Below are positions 20,507 to 30,726 of a stretch of 64,000 nucleotides of DNA, piece after piece. Where the stretch lies: the NCBI RefSeq assembly GCF_022647885.1, contig NZ_JALCLM010000001.1:1656610-1720609 (forward strand). The letters run 5' to 3'. The translations under genes were made by a program, and so were the position numbers. Source of the DNA: Bifidobacterium sp. Its GTDB lineage: Bacteria > Actinomycetota > Actinomycetes > Actinomycetales > Bifidobacteriaceae. The notes under the pieces were generated by a model. That model saw only the letters and a program-made list of their open reading frames with translations, was not told the origin of the DNA and made no database searches. The stretch's first letter is position 1. Every line of letters starts with the position of its first letter.

Positions 20507-20620
20507 CGTTTGTGTAGGGATTTTTTTAGTAACGGCGACTATCACAAGAATTATTCAACGCTATTCCGCCATTCTTGGACTCAACAATGCGAATCGTATT
20601 TTCTAATCCCTACACAACCG
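20507..20620. repeat. Dispersed element with conserved terminal inverted repeats, copy 2 (114 bp)
   Basis: CGTTTGTGTAGGGATT / AATCCCTACACAACCG (15/16 complementary). Only a half central motif, TTCAACG at 20554-20560. Confidence 0.8.
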
Positions 20621-20704
20621 AAGGTTCATCAGCCATCAGCAGCATATACGGTGTCTCATCTACAAATACAGGCAGGATTTGCTCAGCTTGCTGGACTGGC
20701 TGAT

Positions 20705-21586
20705 TCAATACACCAAAAAACCGTGGCTCTCGAACTGTTTGACTACCCGTTGCTTAAGCGCCGCTGATGGCCCTTTAGCATCTTCCAACGGGTAAGGTAT
20801 GCGCATCTCATGCCACTTTGGTCGACCAAGCTGATGGAATCCCAGCACATCGATATGCTCGATGACATCACCAAACTGCTCACAAATCTGCGCGACCTTC
20901 TCAACATTCTCTACTGAATCTGTTAGCCCTGGGACTAGTACAAAACGAACCCAGATTTTCACGCCTAAGCGCGACAGACGATTACCAAAATCAATAGTCG
21001 GCTGCAGCACGCCACCTGTCACTTCTTTGTAAGTGTCTTCATCGCCTGATTTCACATCTAATAAACACAGGTCAATATCCTGGATCATCTCATCGGTATA
21101 GTTTCTGTTCAAAAAACCAGAGGTATCAAGACACGTGTGTACGCCCATTTCTTTTGCTGCTCTGAACACGCGCGACACGAAGGCCGGCTGCATCATTGAT
21201 TCTCCACCAGAGAAGGTGATACCACCTCCTGTTGCTTTGAATAAGTCCTTATACCTATCAATCTTATTAATCATTGCACTCAGATACACCGGCTGACCAT
21301 CGCGCATCTTCCATGTATCAGGATTTTGACAGTATTGACAACGAAGAGGACATCCACTCATAAATACTGTCATACGCGTCCCTGGACCATCAACGGACGT
21401 ATTGATATCCCATGAATGTACAAAACCGATATCGCCATCTTTAAGAGAGCGTAAGCGATCGCGTCTATCCAGCCCGATTGGAGACTCGAAACCGGAGAGT
21501 CCGCCCATCAGCGTTTGTCGCTGATATTCCCTCGATTCCTTGAGCATGTGAGGTTTGGTCGTGTGAAACTCCATGACCTGAGACAT
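20705..21586 (-). CDS. pflA: Pyruvate formate-lyase activating enzyme (radical SAM)
   Basis: VDGPGTR.TVFMSGCPLRCQYCQNPDTW (CxxxCxxC), GGITFSGGE, HTCLDTSG. Confidence 0.96.
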   Translation of the reverse strand: MSQVMEFHTTKPHMLKESREYQRQTLMGGLSGFESPIGLDRRDRLRSLKDGDIGFVHSWDINTSVDGPGTRMTVFMSGCPLRCQYCQNPDTWKMRDGQPVYLSAMINKIDRYKDLFKATGGGITFSGGESMMQPAFVSRVFRAAKEMGVHTCLDTSGFLNRNYTDEMIQDIDLCLLDVKSGDEDTYKEVTGGVLQPTIDFGNRLSRLGVKIWVRFVLVPGLTDSVENVEKVAQICEQFGDVIEHIDVLGFHQLGRPKWHEMRIPYPLEDAKGPSAALKQRVVKQFESHGFLVY

Positions 21587-21607
21587 CCTTGTCCTCCTCC
21601 TCAATTG

Positions 21608-21644
21608 CGTACGGGGGCGGGACTCTAAGCCCCACCCCCGTACG
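21608..21644. terminator. GC-rich hairpin between pflB and pflA (terminator/attenuator or stabiliser)
   Basis: CGTACGGGGG / CCCCCGTACG 10-bp stem. Confidence 0.6.
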
Positions 21645-21679
21645 ATGATCAGCTAATATTTAGCACTAATATGCAAGAA

Positions 21680-24055
21680 TCAGTCGCTAACTGCACCTTG
21701 ATGGAAGGTACGGGAAATCACGTCAAGCTGCTGTTCCTTGGTGAGCTTAACGAAGTTCACTGCGTAGCCTGAAACTCGCACCGTGAGATGCGGGTACTTA
21801 TCAGGATTCTCGACGGCATCCTCAAGCTGTTCCTTACGAAGCACGTTGATGTTGGCATGATACAAACCATGACCATTACCGGCATCAAGAATGCCTACCA
21901 GATTGCCGATTCGCTCGTCTTCGTCACGACCCAAACCATCTGGTGTAATGGTGTTGGTCAGTGACACACCATCGAGTGCATCGTTGTAATCAATCTTGCC
22001 AACTGAGAACATCGAAGGCAGCATACCATGCGAATCCATACCATTCTCTGGATTTGCACCTGGAGCGTATGGTTCACCCTTCTTATGTCCGGACGGGAAG
22101 GAACCTGTGTTGTGCCCATACTCTACGTTCGAAGTAATCGTAAGGATGGACTGCGTTGGGACAGCTCCACGATATACAGGAAGTCTCTTGACCTGATTCA
22201 TCACTGTGCTGACAACCCACTTAGCCAAATCATCTGCACGATCGTCATCGTTGCCATACACCGGGAACTCGCCTGCAGTCTTGTAACCAACGATTAGATC
22301 GTCGGCACCCTTCTCACAGAACTCCTTGGTACCTTGTGCGTCCTTGTTGTAGATCGGGTAGACCTTAGCGTACTTGATAGCAGAAAGTGAGTCGGCAGCA
22401 ATAGACAAGCCAGACATACCGCAACCCAGTGTGCGATAGACCTCTTTGTCATGTAGAGCCATCTCAATGGATTCATAAGCATACTTATCGTGCATGTAAT
22501 GAATGATGTTCAGTGCCTGCACATAAGTTTCGCTTAGCCACTGCAAAGCTTTCTCGTAGTTGGCCTTGACCTTTTCAAAGTCGAGCGTGCCGTCTTCATT
22601 CGGAGTAATCGGCTCAATGTAACCTTCGTCGATAACTCTCATGCCGGTCATTTCGTCGAAGCCGCCGTTGATCGCATAGAGCAAAGCCTTGGCGCTGTTG
22701 ACACGAGCCGCGAAGAACTGCATCTGCTTACCGACTCTCATCGGGGACACGCAGCATGCAATGGCTGCATCATCACCCCAGTGTGCACGAATTTCTTTAT
22801 CTGATTCGTACTGAATTGCTGAGGTATCGATTGAGATACGTGCGCAGAAACGCTTATATCCTTCTGGCAGTTTTGGATCCCAGAAAATAGTGATATTGGG
22901 TTCTGGGCCAGGTCCGAGATGTTCAAGAGTCAAGGTGTTGAGCAAACGGAAGGAAGTCTTAGTGACCATCGAACGTCCATCATCACCAAAGCCAGCATCA
23001 GACCATGTTGCCCAGTATGGGTCACCGGAGAAGATGTTGTCGTAGTCCTTGGTACGCAGGAAGCGAACGATACGCAGCTTCATCACTATATTGTCGATGA
23101 TTTCCTGTGCGTCAGTCTCGTTAATCAAACCGCTCTTGAGATCGCGCTCAAAATAGCAATCAAAGAAGGCGGAAAGACGACCGATAGACATTGCAGCACC
23201 ATCTTGGCTCTTCACTGAAGCAAGGTAGCCCATGTAAGTCCACTGAACTGCTTCCTGAGCAGTTTGTGCAGGTCGACTCAAGTCCAGACCATACTCCTGA
23301 CCAAGCTTTGCCAACTTCTTTAAAGCTTTGATCTGCTCGTCGTGCTCTTCACGGAAGCGAATCCAATGCTCAATCTCAGGCTCGGTGAAATCGTTCCTAT
23401 ACGGTACAGAATCTTTATCGCGCTTTTTGAAAGCAATCAACGCATTGACACCATACAGCGCAACGCGGCGGTAATCACCGATAATGCGGCCACGTCCATA
23501 TGCATCTGGAAGACCAGTAAGAATTTTGTTATGTCGAGCAACTTTAATTCGCTGAGTATATACACCAAAAACACCATCGTTGTGGGTTTTGCGGTAGCGA
23601 GTAAATATCTTCTTGATCTCTTGGTCTGGCTCTTTACCAGCTTCGACAATCGCTTGCTCAACCATGCGCCAACCACCATTTGGCATCATTGCACGCTTGC
23701 ATGGCACATCGGTTTGCAGACCTACGATGACGTTATCCTGTGTTTCGCCTGCTGCTTTACCGTCAATGTAACCGGCTGCGAAAGCATCAATATCTGCTGG
23801 AATATGCGTTTCAACGTCATAAACACGTTGTTTACGCTCAACTGCCAGATAATGCTCGTCCAGGTAGTTCCACAAGGACTTCGTCTTCTCAGTTGCGGGA
23901 GCAAGGAAGGATTCATCACCATCAAACGGGGTGTAATTCTTCTGGATAAAGTCTCGAACGTCTATATCATTCTGCCAGTTACCCGCAGTAAAACTCTCCC
24001 ATGCCTTAGCCTTGAGATCATCTTGCGAGACGGCTGTAGATTCAACTGCTGTCAT
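21680..24055 (-). CDS. pflB: Formate C-acetyltransferase (pyruvate formate-lyase)
   Basis: [23 protein letters not shown] active-site Cys pair, TVRVSGY glycyl-radical motif. AAGGAG 6 nt before ATG 24055. Confidence 0.97.
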   Translation of the reverse strand: MTAVESTAVSQDDLKAKAWESFTAGNWQNDIDVRDFIQKNYTPFDGDESFLAPATEKTKSLWNYLDEHYLAVERKQRVYDVETHIPADIDAFAAGYIDGKAAGETQDNVIVGLQTDVPCKRAMMPNGGWRMVEQAIVEAGKEPDQEIKKIFTRYRKTHNDGVFGVYTQRIKVARHNKILTGLPDAYGRGRIIGDYRRVALYGVNALIAFKKRDKDSVPYRNDFTEPEIEHWIRFREEHDEQIKALKKLAKLGQEYGLDLSRPAQTAQEAVQWTYMGYLASVKSQDGAAMSIGRLSAFFDCYFERDLKSGLINETDAQEIIDNIVMKLRIVRFLRTKDYDNIFSGDPYWATWSDAGFGDDGRSMVTKTSFRLLNTLTLEHLGPGPEPNITIFWDPKLPEGYKRFCARISIDTSAIQYESDKEIRAHWGDDAAIACCVSPMRVGKQMQFFAARVNSAKALLYAINGGFDEMTGMRVIDEGYIEPITPNEDGTLDFEKVKANYEKALQWLSETYVQALNIIHYMHDKYAYESIEMALHDKEVYRTLGCGMSGLSIAADSLSAIKYAKVYPIYNKDAQGTKEFCEKGADDLIVGYKTAGEFPVYGNDDDRADDLAKWVVSTVMNQVKRLPVYRGAVPTQSILTITSNVEYGHNTGSFPSGHKKGEPYAPGANPENGMDSHGMLPSMFSVGKIDYNDALDGVSLTNTITPDGLGRDEDERIGNLVGILDAGNGHGLYHANINVLRKEQLEDAVENPDKYPHLTVRVSGYAVNFVKLTKEQQLDVISRTFHQGAVSD

Positions 24056-24195
24056 AGACACTCCTTGGTATTATTTTTCAGTAGACGCTTCTTCACGTCG
24101 CTGTATTTGTAATTGTACAGAGCACAGCTGGGCAAGCTCTGACAGTAAATAGTGAGCTTGCTCACATTCAGCGCAACGCATACGAGAATTGTGTA

Positions 24196-24387
24196 TTATT
24201 TAGCGCTTTTCCATTTGCGGTCTTGCTCTTCCCACTCTTTGTTACGTTGCGCAACAATTTTCCAAGCGTTTAAAGCATCTTCCTCAGTGGCGTATGGCCC
24301 CATTCGCTGACTTATAGGAGATTGCGGCCCAAGTTCAGCCTTCTCGGTGACGGTGTTGAAATACCACTGCTTATCTGATGTATTCAT
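24196..24387 (-). CDS. Small conserved actinobacterial hypothetical protein
   Basis: WYFNT.T...E.G......RMGPY.T.E.A..AW.....RN..W pattern; usual position between nadE and pflB. Confidence 0.7.
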   Translation of the reverse strand: MNTSDKQWYFNTVTEKAELGPQSPISQRMGPYATEEDALNAWKIVAQRNKEWEEQDRKWKSAK

Positions 24388-24580
24388 AACTCCCCTTTCA
24401 CTACCACTGCATTTGGGTAACACCGTGTTTCAGGAACATGGTGTTTCACTTACATCGCATTACGTGCTGTCATTTGCAAGATTGTCCCTATTTGCTGGTG
24501 ATTTCATCTCATCACACAATTAATCGAATTGCAGTTCCCTGCCAATTCAATCAACAGCAGTACAGATGCGCGCACTCAAA

Positions 24581-26266
24581 CTATTCACGGAAAGCATTGG
24601 TCACCGGCAATCGCCTATCCCTACCGAAGGCCAAGGCGGTCACCTTAGGCCCCATCGGGTATTGCCTACGTTTCCATTCGGCTCTATCGACTAAACGCAT
24701 CACTGTATCTACGGTTTCCGGATCAAAACCGTCTGCAAGCAAGTCAGAACGCCCGTGAGCATGTTCGATATAAGCCGCCAAAACTTGATCTAACAACTCA
24801 TATTCAGGCAGAGAGTCAGAATCTTGCTGACCAGGACGAAGCTCAGCACTTGGAGGTTTTCGGATAGAATTCTCTGGAATCGGTGGCTGCTCGCCATGCT
24901 CATCTGCCCAACGATTGCGCCAACGCGCAAGATCCCAAACTCTGACTTTGAGTAGATCTTTTATCGGCGCATAACCTCCGACTGCGTCACCATAAATGGT
25001 GGAATAACCACAAGCTAACTCAGACTTATTGCCGGTTGCCAGAGCTAAGAGGCCTTTAGCGTTGGAGTAAGCCATCACTATCACACCTCTGATTCTTGCT
25101 TGAAGATTTTCTGCGGCGACACCTTCAAGATGGAGCTGTTGCTGATAGGCATTGAACAATGGCTCGACCGGCTGAATCTCGTAATGTGCTCCAAGATACT
25201 TTGCCAAATCTGCAGCATCATCCTTAGAACCAAGGGAAGAGTACATACTTGGCATAGAAATACCCCAAATATTGTCACCGCCACAAGCATCTGCTGCCAT
25301 TGCAGCTACCAAAGCTGAGTCAATACCACCTGACAAGCCGAGGCAAACCCCAGTGAAGTGATTTTTAGCCATGTAATCCTTCAAACCGAGCACACATGCT
25401 CGGTACACTTCTTCATCAGCGTCAAGCGTTGGACTGACAACGGAGAGCGGGATTGTGGAAACAGCACTCTCAACATCGCTGGTATTCAAAGGTAGGTGCC
25501 AGTAACTCAAATCCTCACAGAATTGTGGTGAATGTTCAAGTAGCTCGCCGGCAGCATCTACTACAAAACTACCTCCATCGAATACCAAATCATCTTGGCC
25601 ACCAACCTGATTGAGATAGATCACAGGTGCATTCACTTCTTTTGCGCGACGGATAGCTAATTCTTGTCGCACATGTCCTTTGCCTTCTTCATATGGTGAA
25701 CCATTAATAGTGAGCAACACGTCAATATGCTGTTGCGCCAGCTGTGCAACCGGTCCACCGTCCTGCCATATATCCTCACATATAGCCACTCCAACACGAG
25801 CCCCATGAATCTCAAGGACCACACACCGCTCCCCTGGTGTGAATATCCTGAATTCGTCAAAAACTCCATAATTGGGCAGGAAATGCTTGTCATAGCCAGC
25901 CCAGACCACACCATCATGTAGTACTACTAAACGATTTCTCGGCCGATCATGTTCTCGGTCTGTGCCAACAGTACCTACAATGACAAAAATCTCTGCAAGC
26001 CCTTCTCTCTTCAAGCGCTTTGCCAGATCATTCGCTGTCTGCCAGGCCGCCTTACGGAAGGTGGCACGGAATGCTAAATCCTCGATAGGATAGCCAGTAA
26101 GCGTCATTTCAGGAAATACGACTATCTGTGCACCCTGCTGTGAAGCAAGCCTGCTCTGCTCGAGAACTTTGTTAGCGTTGCCTGCGAGATCTCCCACACA
26201 CGTGTCAATCTGGGCTAAGCCAAACAGAATTCCGGATGATGATGATTGTTGTTCACTGCTTGTCAT
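24581..26266 (-). CDS. nadE: Glutamine-dependent NAD+ synthetase
   Basis: Nitrilase domain (VVFPEMTLTGY, YDKHFLPNYGVFDE, ICEDIW) plus synthetase domain (LGLSGGIDSA, ENLQARIRG, TGNKSELACGYSTIYGD, KPPSAELRPGQ.DSD). Confidence 0.96.
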   Translation of the reverse strand: MTSSEQQSSSSGILFGLAQIDTCVGDLAGNANKVLEQSRLASQQGAQIVVFPEMTLTGYPIEDLAFRATFRKAAWQTANDLAKRLKREGLAEIFVIVGTVGTDREHDRPRNRLVVLHDGVVWAGYDKHFLPNYGVFDEFRIFTPGERCVVLEIHGARVGVAICEDIWQDGGPVAQLAQQHIDVLLTINGSPYEEGKGHVRQELAIRRAKEVNAPVIYLNQVGGQDDLVFDGGSFVVDAAGELLEHSPQFCEDLSYWHLPLNTSDVESAVSTIPLSVVSPTLDADEEVYRACVLGLKDYMAKNHFTGVCLGLSGGIDSALVAAMAADACGGDNIWGISMPSMYSSLGSKDDAADLAKYLGAHYEIQPVEPLFNAYQQQLHLEGVAAENLQARIRGVIVMAYSNAKGLLALATGNKSELACGYSTIYGDAVGGYAPIKDLLKVRVWDLARWRNRWADEHGEQPPIPENSIRKPPSAELRPGQQDSDSLPEYELLDQVLAAYIEHAHGRSDLLADGFDPETVDTVMRLVDRAEWKRRQYPMGPKVTALAFGRDRRLPVTNAFRE

Positions 26267-26364
26267 AAATCCATCCTAAGCCCGATGCTGGAATCAGTAT
26301 CTAAGACAACACTCGGCAAAATCAGTACCCTCACACGAGATTACTGTCGCAGCATTGGCAATAT

Positions 26365-27546
26365 TCAACTCAAATACTGCAAGAGAATTTCAGCTGTCGA
26401 GGTATAAAAACCTACTGCGGTCGGTAAACAGTCATCTAATCCAAGGAATTTTGGACTATGCAAATTATGGTGCCCAGGCCGTCCGTTTGAACCTACGAAT
26501 GCAAACACCGCTGGAATTTGATGTGCATAATCTGAGAAGTCTTCACCAGCCATGCTCGGTTGTATTTTTTGCAATGATGCATACTCTCCGACATGACTTG
26601 CTACCAGTGTGCTCAGTTGTGGATCTCCTACAAGCGGATTACTAATATCCTCCCAATCAACCTCTGCTGAAATACCGTATCCTTCACTGATACCAGCAAT
26701 TTGTGCACGAAGACGGTCACGGAGAAGCACTTTATCTCCTTCCGTGAAGAATCTAGCTGTCCCCATAAAACCAGCTTCCGCGGGGACCACATTCCATACA
26801 CTGCCCCCATGTACCTCGGTAATGGACAACACTGCAGAGTGAAACGGCGAAGCGTTTCTGCTCACAATAGTTTGCGTAGACAACATCATCGTAGCCATTG
26901 CTTCCATAGGGCCTGTTCCCTTATGTGGATATCCGGCATGTGTGCCTTCGGCGTGCAACTTGACTGCAAAGCGAGCACAGCCAGCCATCATAGGTTCCGT
27001 ACCAATCGCAATTTGACCTGGGAGATAGTCAGGATTGTTGTGGATCCCTGCAATTGCTTGCACACCCTCGAGCGCTCCGGCTCTCATCACGGCCTGCGCA
27101 CCTTTACCAATCTCTTCAGCTGGCTGGAATATCAGGTCAATAGTGCCTTGCAATGATTCGCGTCTGCTATATAGATCGAAGGCAGCTCCTAGTAAAGCTG
27201 TCATATGAAGGTCATGACCGCAAGCGTGCATATACCCTATATTCAAAGAATGATCAGGATATGAGGATTCTTCGACAACCGGTAAACCGTCAATGTCAGC
27301 TCGTAATGCAATATGCGGCCCTGGCCTTCTGCCTGTGATACGAGCAAATACACCAGTGTCGAGATTCACTCTGCGCAACTCAATACCGTGGTCATCCAAC
27401 TGCTGCCTGAGGTAGGCACTAGTGTCGTATTCTTTGAATGCCAACTCAGGATGTTGATGAAGATATTTGCGAATCCCCAATAACTCCGCCATATTAGAGG
27501 AGTTGTAGTCTCCCCTATCAGCATTCTCAAGATATTCCCTGCTCAT
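26365..27546 (-). CDS. M20 family amidohydrolase
   Basis: LHQHPELAFKE, ALRADIDGLP, MHACGHD, FQPAEE, MAGEDFS. Confidence 0.92.
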   Translation of the reverse strand: MSREYLENADRGDYNSSNMAELLGIRKYLHQHPELAFKEYDTSAYLRQQLDDHGIELRRVNLDTGVFARITGRRPGPHIALRADIDGLPVVEESSYPDHSLNIGYMHACGHDLHMTALLGAAFDLYSRRESLQGTIDLIFQPAEEIGKGAQAVMRAGALEGVQAIAGIHNNPDYLPGQIAIGTEPMMAGCARFAVKLHAEGTHAGYPHKGTGPMEAMATMMLSTQTIVSRNASPFHSAVLSITEVHGGSVWNVVPAEAGFMGTARFFTEGDKVLLRDRLRAQIAGISEGYGISAEVDWEDISNPLVGDPQLSTLVASHVGEYASLQKIQPSMAGEDFSDYAHQIPAVFAFVGSNGRPGHHNLHSPKFLGLDDCLPTAVGFYTSTAEILLQYLS

Positions 27547-27680
27547 TGTTGCTCCTCTATCTACTGACCTGATCTCTTTAAGGGATTGTTGCACGAAGTT
27601 GTGCCCCTTCTGCTTATGCCCCTTTTACTTATTGCTTCGACATTACCTGTTATGCGTCTTTGGTAGGTAAATGTCCGTAG

Positions 27681-28553
27681 ATGACGGCTGATAATCTCGA
27701 TATATCAGGTGACAACGTCAACCCAAGGAGCAGCAGCATGGTCGCTCATGTGAACACCAACTCACCTATACAGGCAGCATTTTTCGATATTGATGGCACA
27801 CTCACGAGTTTTAATACGCATTCCGTACCAGCTTCGACCATAATCGCCTTGGGAGATCTCAAAGCCAGAGGAGTGAAGATTTTTATCTGCACTGGTCGAG
27901 CTCCTTCCCAACTGCATGCAGCGCAGCGGATGATACCTGTTGAATTCGATGGATACATCACGTTGAATGGCCAATATTGCTATGACGCTAGCGGATTTGT
28001 AAATGAGCTGACTCTGGATCAGGAAGATATCCGTCTATTTATTGATTATCTCCACAACCACCCCACTCTTGTGAGTAGTTTCGCAGAGGTGGACTACACC
28101 TACTTCAATCAGGACACCCAAACCTTACGAGATGCATGGGCTGTATTAGGTAAGAGCGCACCGGATGTTCAAGTAGACAATGTGGAACGTGCATTGCAGC
28201 ATCCGACGTATCAGATGAGCCCTTTCATTCATATCGAGCAGGAGCAGGAAATCGTCAGCAAATTGCCACACACCACCGGCGTGCGTTGGCACAGGGCTTT
28301 CACGGATTTGATTCCTGCTAACGGAGGTAAATCGAGAGGTATCCAGTGCTTCATCGAACATTTGGGTTTGAAAGCCTCAGAAACCATCGCTTTCGGCGAT
28401 GGCGGCAATGATGCCTCAATGCTTGCCTTCGCTGGAATTGGAGTCGCGATGGGCGGCGCTACGCCTAACGCCAAAGCTTCTGCTGATTACATCACCACTG
28501 AAGTCGACGATGACGGCATTCTCAATGCTTTACGCCACTTTCACGTCCTATAA
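27681..28553 (+). CDS. Cof-type HAD-IIB family hydrolase
   Basis: FFDIDGTL, ICTGR, KSRGI, AFGDGGNDASML, GVAMG. Confidence 0.92.
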   Translation: MTADNLDISGDNVNPRSSSMVAHVNTNSPIQAAFFDIDGTLTSFNTHSVPASTIIALGDLKARGVKIFICTGRAPSQLHAAQRMIPVEFDGYITLNGQYCYDASGFVNELTLDQEDIRLFIDYLHNHPTLVSSFAEVDYTYFNQDTQTLRDAWAVLGKSAPDVQVDNVERALQHPTYQMSPFIHIEQEQEIVSKLPHTTGVRWHRAFTDLIPANGGKSRGIQCFIEHLGLKASETIAFGDGGNDASMLAFAGIGVAMGGATPNAKASADYITTEVDDDGILNALRHFHVL

Positions 28554-28565
28554 TTGCTGACTTTT

Positions 28566-28680
28566 CAGTTCTGTAGGGATTTCTGAATATAACCAATAGA
28601 AAGATTTCTGAGAACGTTGAAATTTCAACGTTCTCAGAAATCGGATAGACAGACTCTGCCAGAAAATCCCTACACAAACG
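28566..28680. repeat. Dispersed palindromic element, copy 3 (115 bp), with a perfect 40-bp central palindrome
   Basis: Left TGTAGGGATTT (outer bases degenerate), right AAATCCCTACACAAACG. Centre GATTTCTGAGAACGTTGAAA|TTTCAACGTTCTCAGAAATC at 28603-28642. Confidence 0.85.
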
Positions 28681-28751
28681 CAAGCGCATAGGGATTAGCG
28701 GGTCTTACTCAGTGTGAATCGAACATTATAGTGATCACATTCTCACGAAAC

Positions 28752-30434
28752 CTACCTAAACATGGTCTTCATTGCTGACAACAGTACTTTCGGGTTCTTT
28801 TCATAGTGGTGCAATGAAGTAAGCCGGTCGCTCGGAATCCCCAAGAATCGATAGACCGCCACTTGTGCGCAACGAATTGAGTATTGCTCGGTGAACACCA
28901 TGTCGAATGGCATATGGGCGAATTGGCTAATAAAAGCAAGATTCCGTGAATGCCTCGGCACCACTAAAGGACGATCTACAACTGATCGCTGGTTGAATAA
29001 CGCGCTAGCGTAAGGCATATGTGCTGGCACTACGTTCACAATAGAGTCCATAATCTCATCGTGACGCTGTGCAATTCCTGAAGCTCTTGTATCAGCATGA
29101 GCAAGCAACGCAAGTGTTTCCTCAAGCATTTCACGACCCGTCATCTCAATAAAAGGCTTCTTTACGTATACGCCCGACTCACGAGGATTAAGAGCATATC
29201 CCCAGAACACACCTTCATTTTCCTTTTGAGCTTTGTAATGTGGCTGATGATGCACCACCAGAGAAAGCAGTTCTGGACTATCAATAAAGGTATTCAACGC
29301 ATTGCCTGGACGTTGCTGAGTAATTGCAGCTATCTCATTAATCAACAGATGCGAGTTGGTGGTGACAGTAAAACTCGTCCACTCGCTTTGTGAACGATCC
29401 CCAAAGAATTTGTCAGGATGTCCTAGATCATAGAAATGCTCAGCAGCTTGCTTCCACAATGCTGCACTCGGAGCATAACGCATATCTTCTGTAATAGGTG
29501 TATCTAAATCACCCAAGGAAGCACTATCAGTGATGGAACCGTTGGTATCAAATACCAAATCTTCAGGGGCAACATCAATAATGCCTTCATCCCCCTGTTG
29601 CTCACCCGCAACGATGCGATATTCCAGACCAGTTACCAAAATCTCATCTCGTAACGCGGAGTCTTTGAATACAAACGAGGTAACCATCATGTTGGTAACG
29701 AAATGCACACCCTTGTCTTCAAGCCATTTGCGTAACGGCAGGATGAGACTCTCATACTGGTTGTAGGGCGTACGCGTAACCCCTTCGAGCGTATTAATAC
29801 GGCTGAATTCCAGAATCATACGATTCATATAACGTCGTAATTCCATAGCAGAACTACATTTTTTGAAGGCGAATGTGGTCTCCCACATGTACCAAAAATT
29901 CGTTCGGAAGATGTGCGGACTGGATGCAAACCACTGTTCAATACTGATGTCGTTGAGTTTGCGCTCATCAGATTCCGGCATCATCATTAATTTGCTAAGC
30001 AGCATTCGATCGTTGTTGTTGAACTGCATATGCTTGTAATCATTGGCATCACCCTTATTTCTGATGCCTTGAGAAGAATCGATTAATCTACCAACATCAT
30101 GAGTTGGATGTGCGTGATCGAAACGAAGAATTTCCTCAGTAACGCTCAAACCTGGTGTATCTAATGATGGGATGGAAGAGAATAAGTCCCAAAGATTCTC
30201 ATAGGTTTCCTCATTGAGCATGCGCCCACCGCGGTTCACGAAACCTTGGTTACGCTGAAGATCTGAAATGCCATATTCTCTGGTGAATTCCTCAACCGCG
30301 TTACCATCATTGGCACCGTGGTCGTCCAAACCCATAATAGTAATTTGACTCCCTCTCCAATAACCGTCGCGAATTAAGTACGCTGCTGCTGCGAGATTGC
30401 CAATCCCTGCACCAATCATGTAAGCCCTAGCCAT
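28752..30434 (-). CDS. ohyA: Oleate hydratase (MCRA family), RGGRMLN subtype
   Basis: FAD motif AYMIGAGIGNLAAA, RGGRMLNEETYENLWD, FWYMWETTFAF, PYNQYES, MVFTEQYS. AAGGAAGG before ATG 30434. Confidence 0.9.
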   Translation of the reverse strand: MARAYMIGAGIGNLAAAAYLIRDGYWRGSQITIMGLDDHGANDGNAVEEFTREYGISDLQRNQGFVNRGGRMLNEETYENLWDLFSSIPSLDTPGLSVTEEILRFDHAHPTHDVGRLIDSSQGIRNKGDANDYKHMQFNNNDRMLLSKLMMMPESDERKLNDISIEQWFASSPHIFRTNFWYMWETTFAFKKCSSAMELRRYMNRMILEFSRINTLEGVTRTPYNQYESLILPLRKWLEDKGVHFVTNMMVTSFVFKDSALRDEILVTGLEYRIVAGEQQGDEGIIDVAPEDLVFDTNGSITDSASLGDLDTPITEDMRYAPSAALWKQAAEHFYDLGHPDKFFGDRSQSEWTSFTVTTNSHLLINEIAAITQQRPGNALNTFIDSPELLSLVVHHQPHYKAQKENEGVFWGYALNPRESGVYVKKPFIEMTGREMLEETLALLAHADTRASGIAQRHDEIMDSIVNVVPAHMPYASALFNQRSVVDRPLVVPRHSRNLAFISQFAHMPFDMVFTEQYSIRCAQVAVYRFLGIPSDRLTSLHHYEKNPKVLLSAMKTMFR

Positions 30435-30629
30435 TGCGCTGACCTTCCTTCTGAGAATTCTTCTATGAATTCCCTTCACCGATGAAACTTCACCGCCCCA
30501 ATCATGAACCTCAACCACTCTAACCCCGATAATCCTAAGTCTGCAGATGGCGCAAGCATCTTTTCCCATCAAGCGCAGCGAGTCACCATGCTGAGCATGC
30601 ATGGAACCATACAACTGGGCGACATACGA

Positions 30630-30664
30630 CAAGTGGGACTCAGGTTTTCCCTGAGCCCCACTTG
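30630..30664. terminator. Hairpin downstream of the phosphatase gene
   Basis: CAAGTGGG-A-CTCAGG / CCTGAG-C-CCCACTTG, 14 paired bases with one mismatch. Confidence 0.6.
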
Positions 30665-30726
30665 TTTGTTACCTCGCACACATTATCGCGTACTGATCAC
30701 CTCGTACAGATTACCTAGTACAGATT

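Noticed and set aside
23342-24112. 256-aa plus-strand ORF, and similar long ORFs at 1836-2408, 16569-17108 and 52013-52573
   Set aside because: Antisense to well-supported genes (pflB, LRR gene, clpP1/tig, helicase) with no recognisable motifs.
24132-24166. GTGAGC-TT-GCTCAC upstream of pflB as an AraQ/LacI operator
   Set aside because: It has two extra central bases relative to GTGAGCGCTCAC and is also explained as one arm of a GGGCAAGCTC/GAGCTTGCTC hairpin after the upstream gene.
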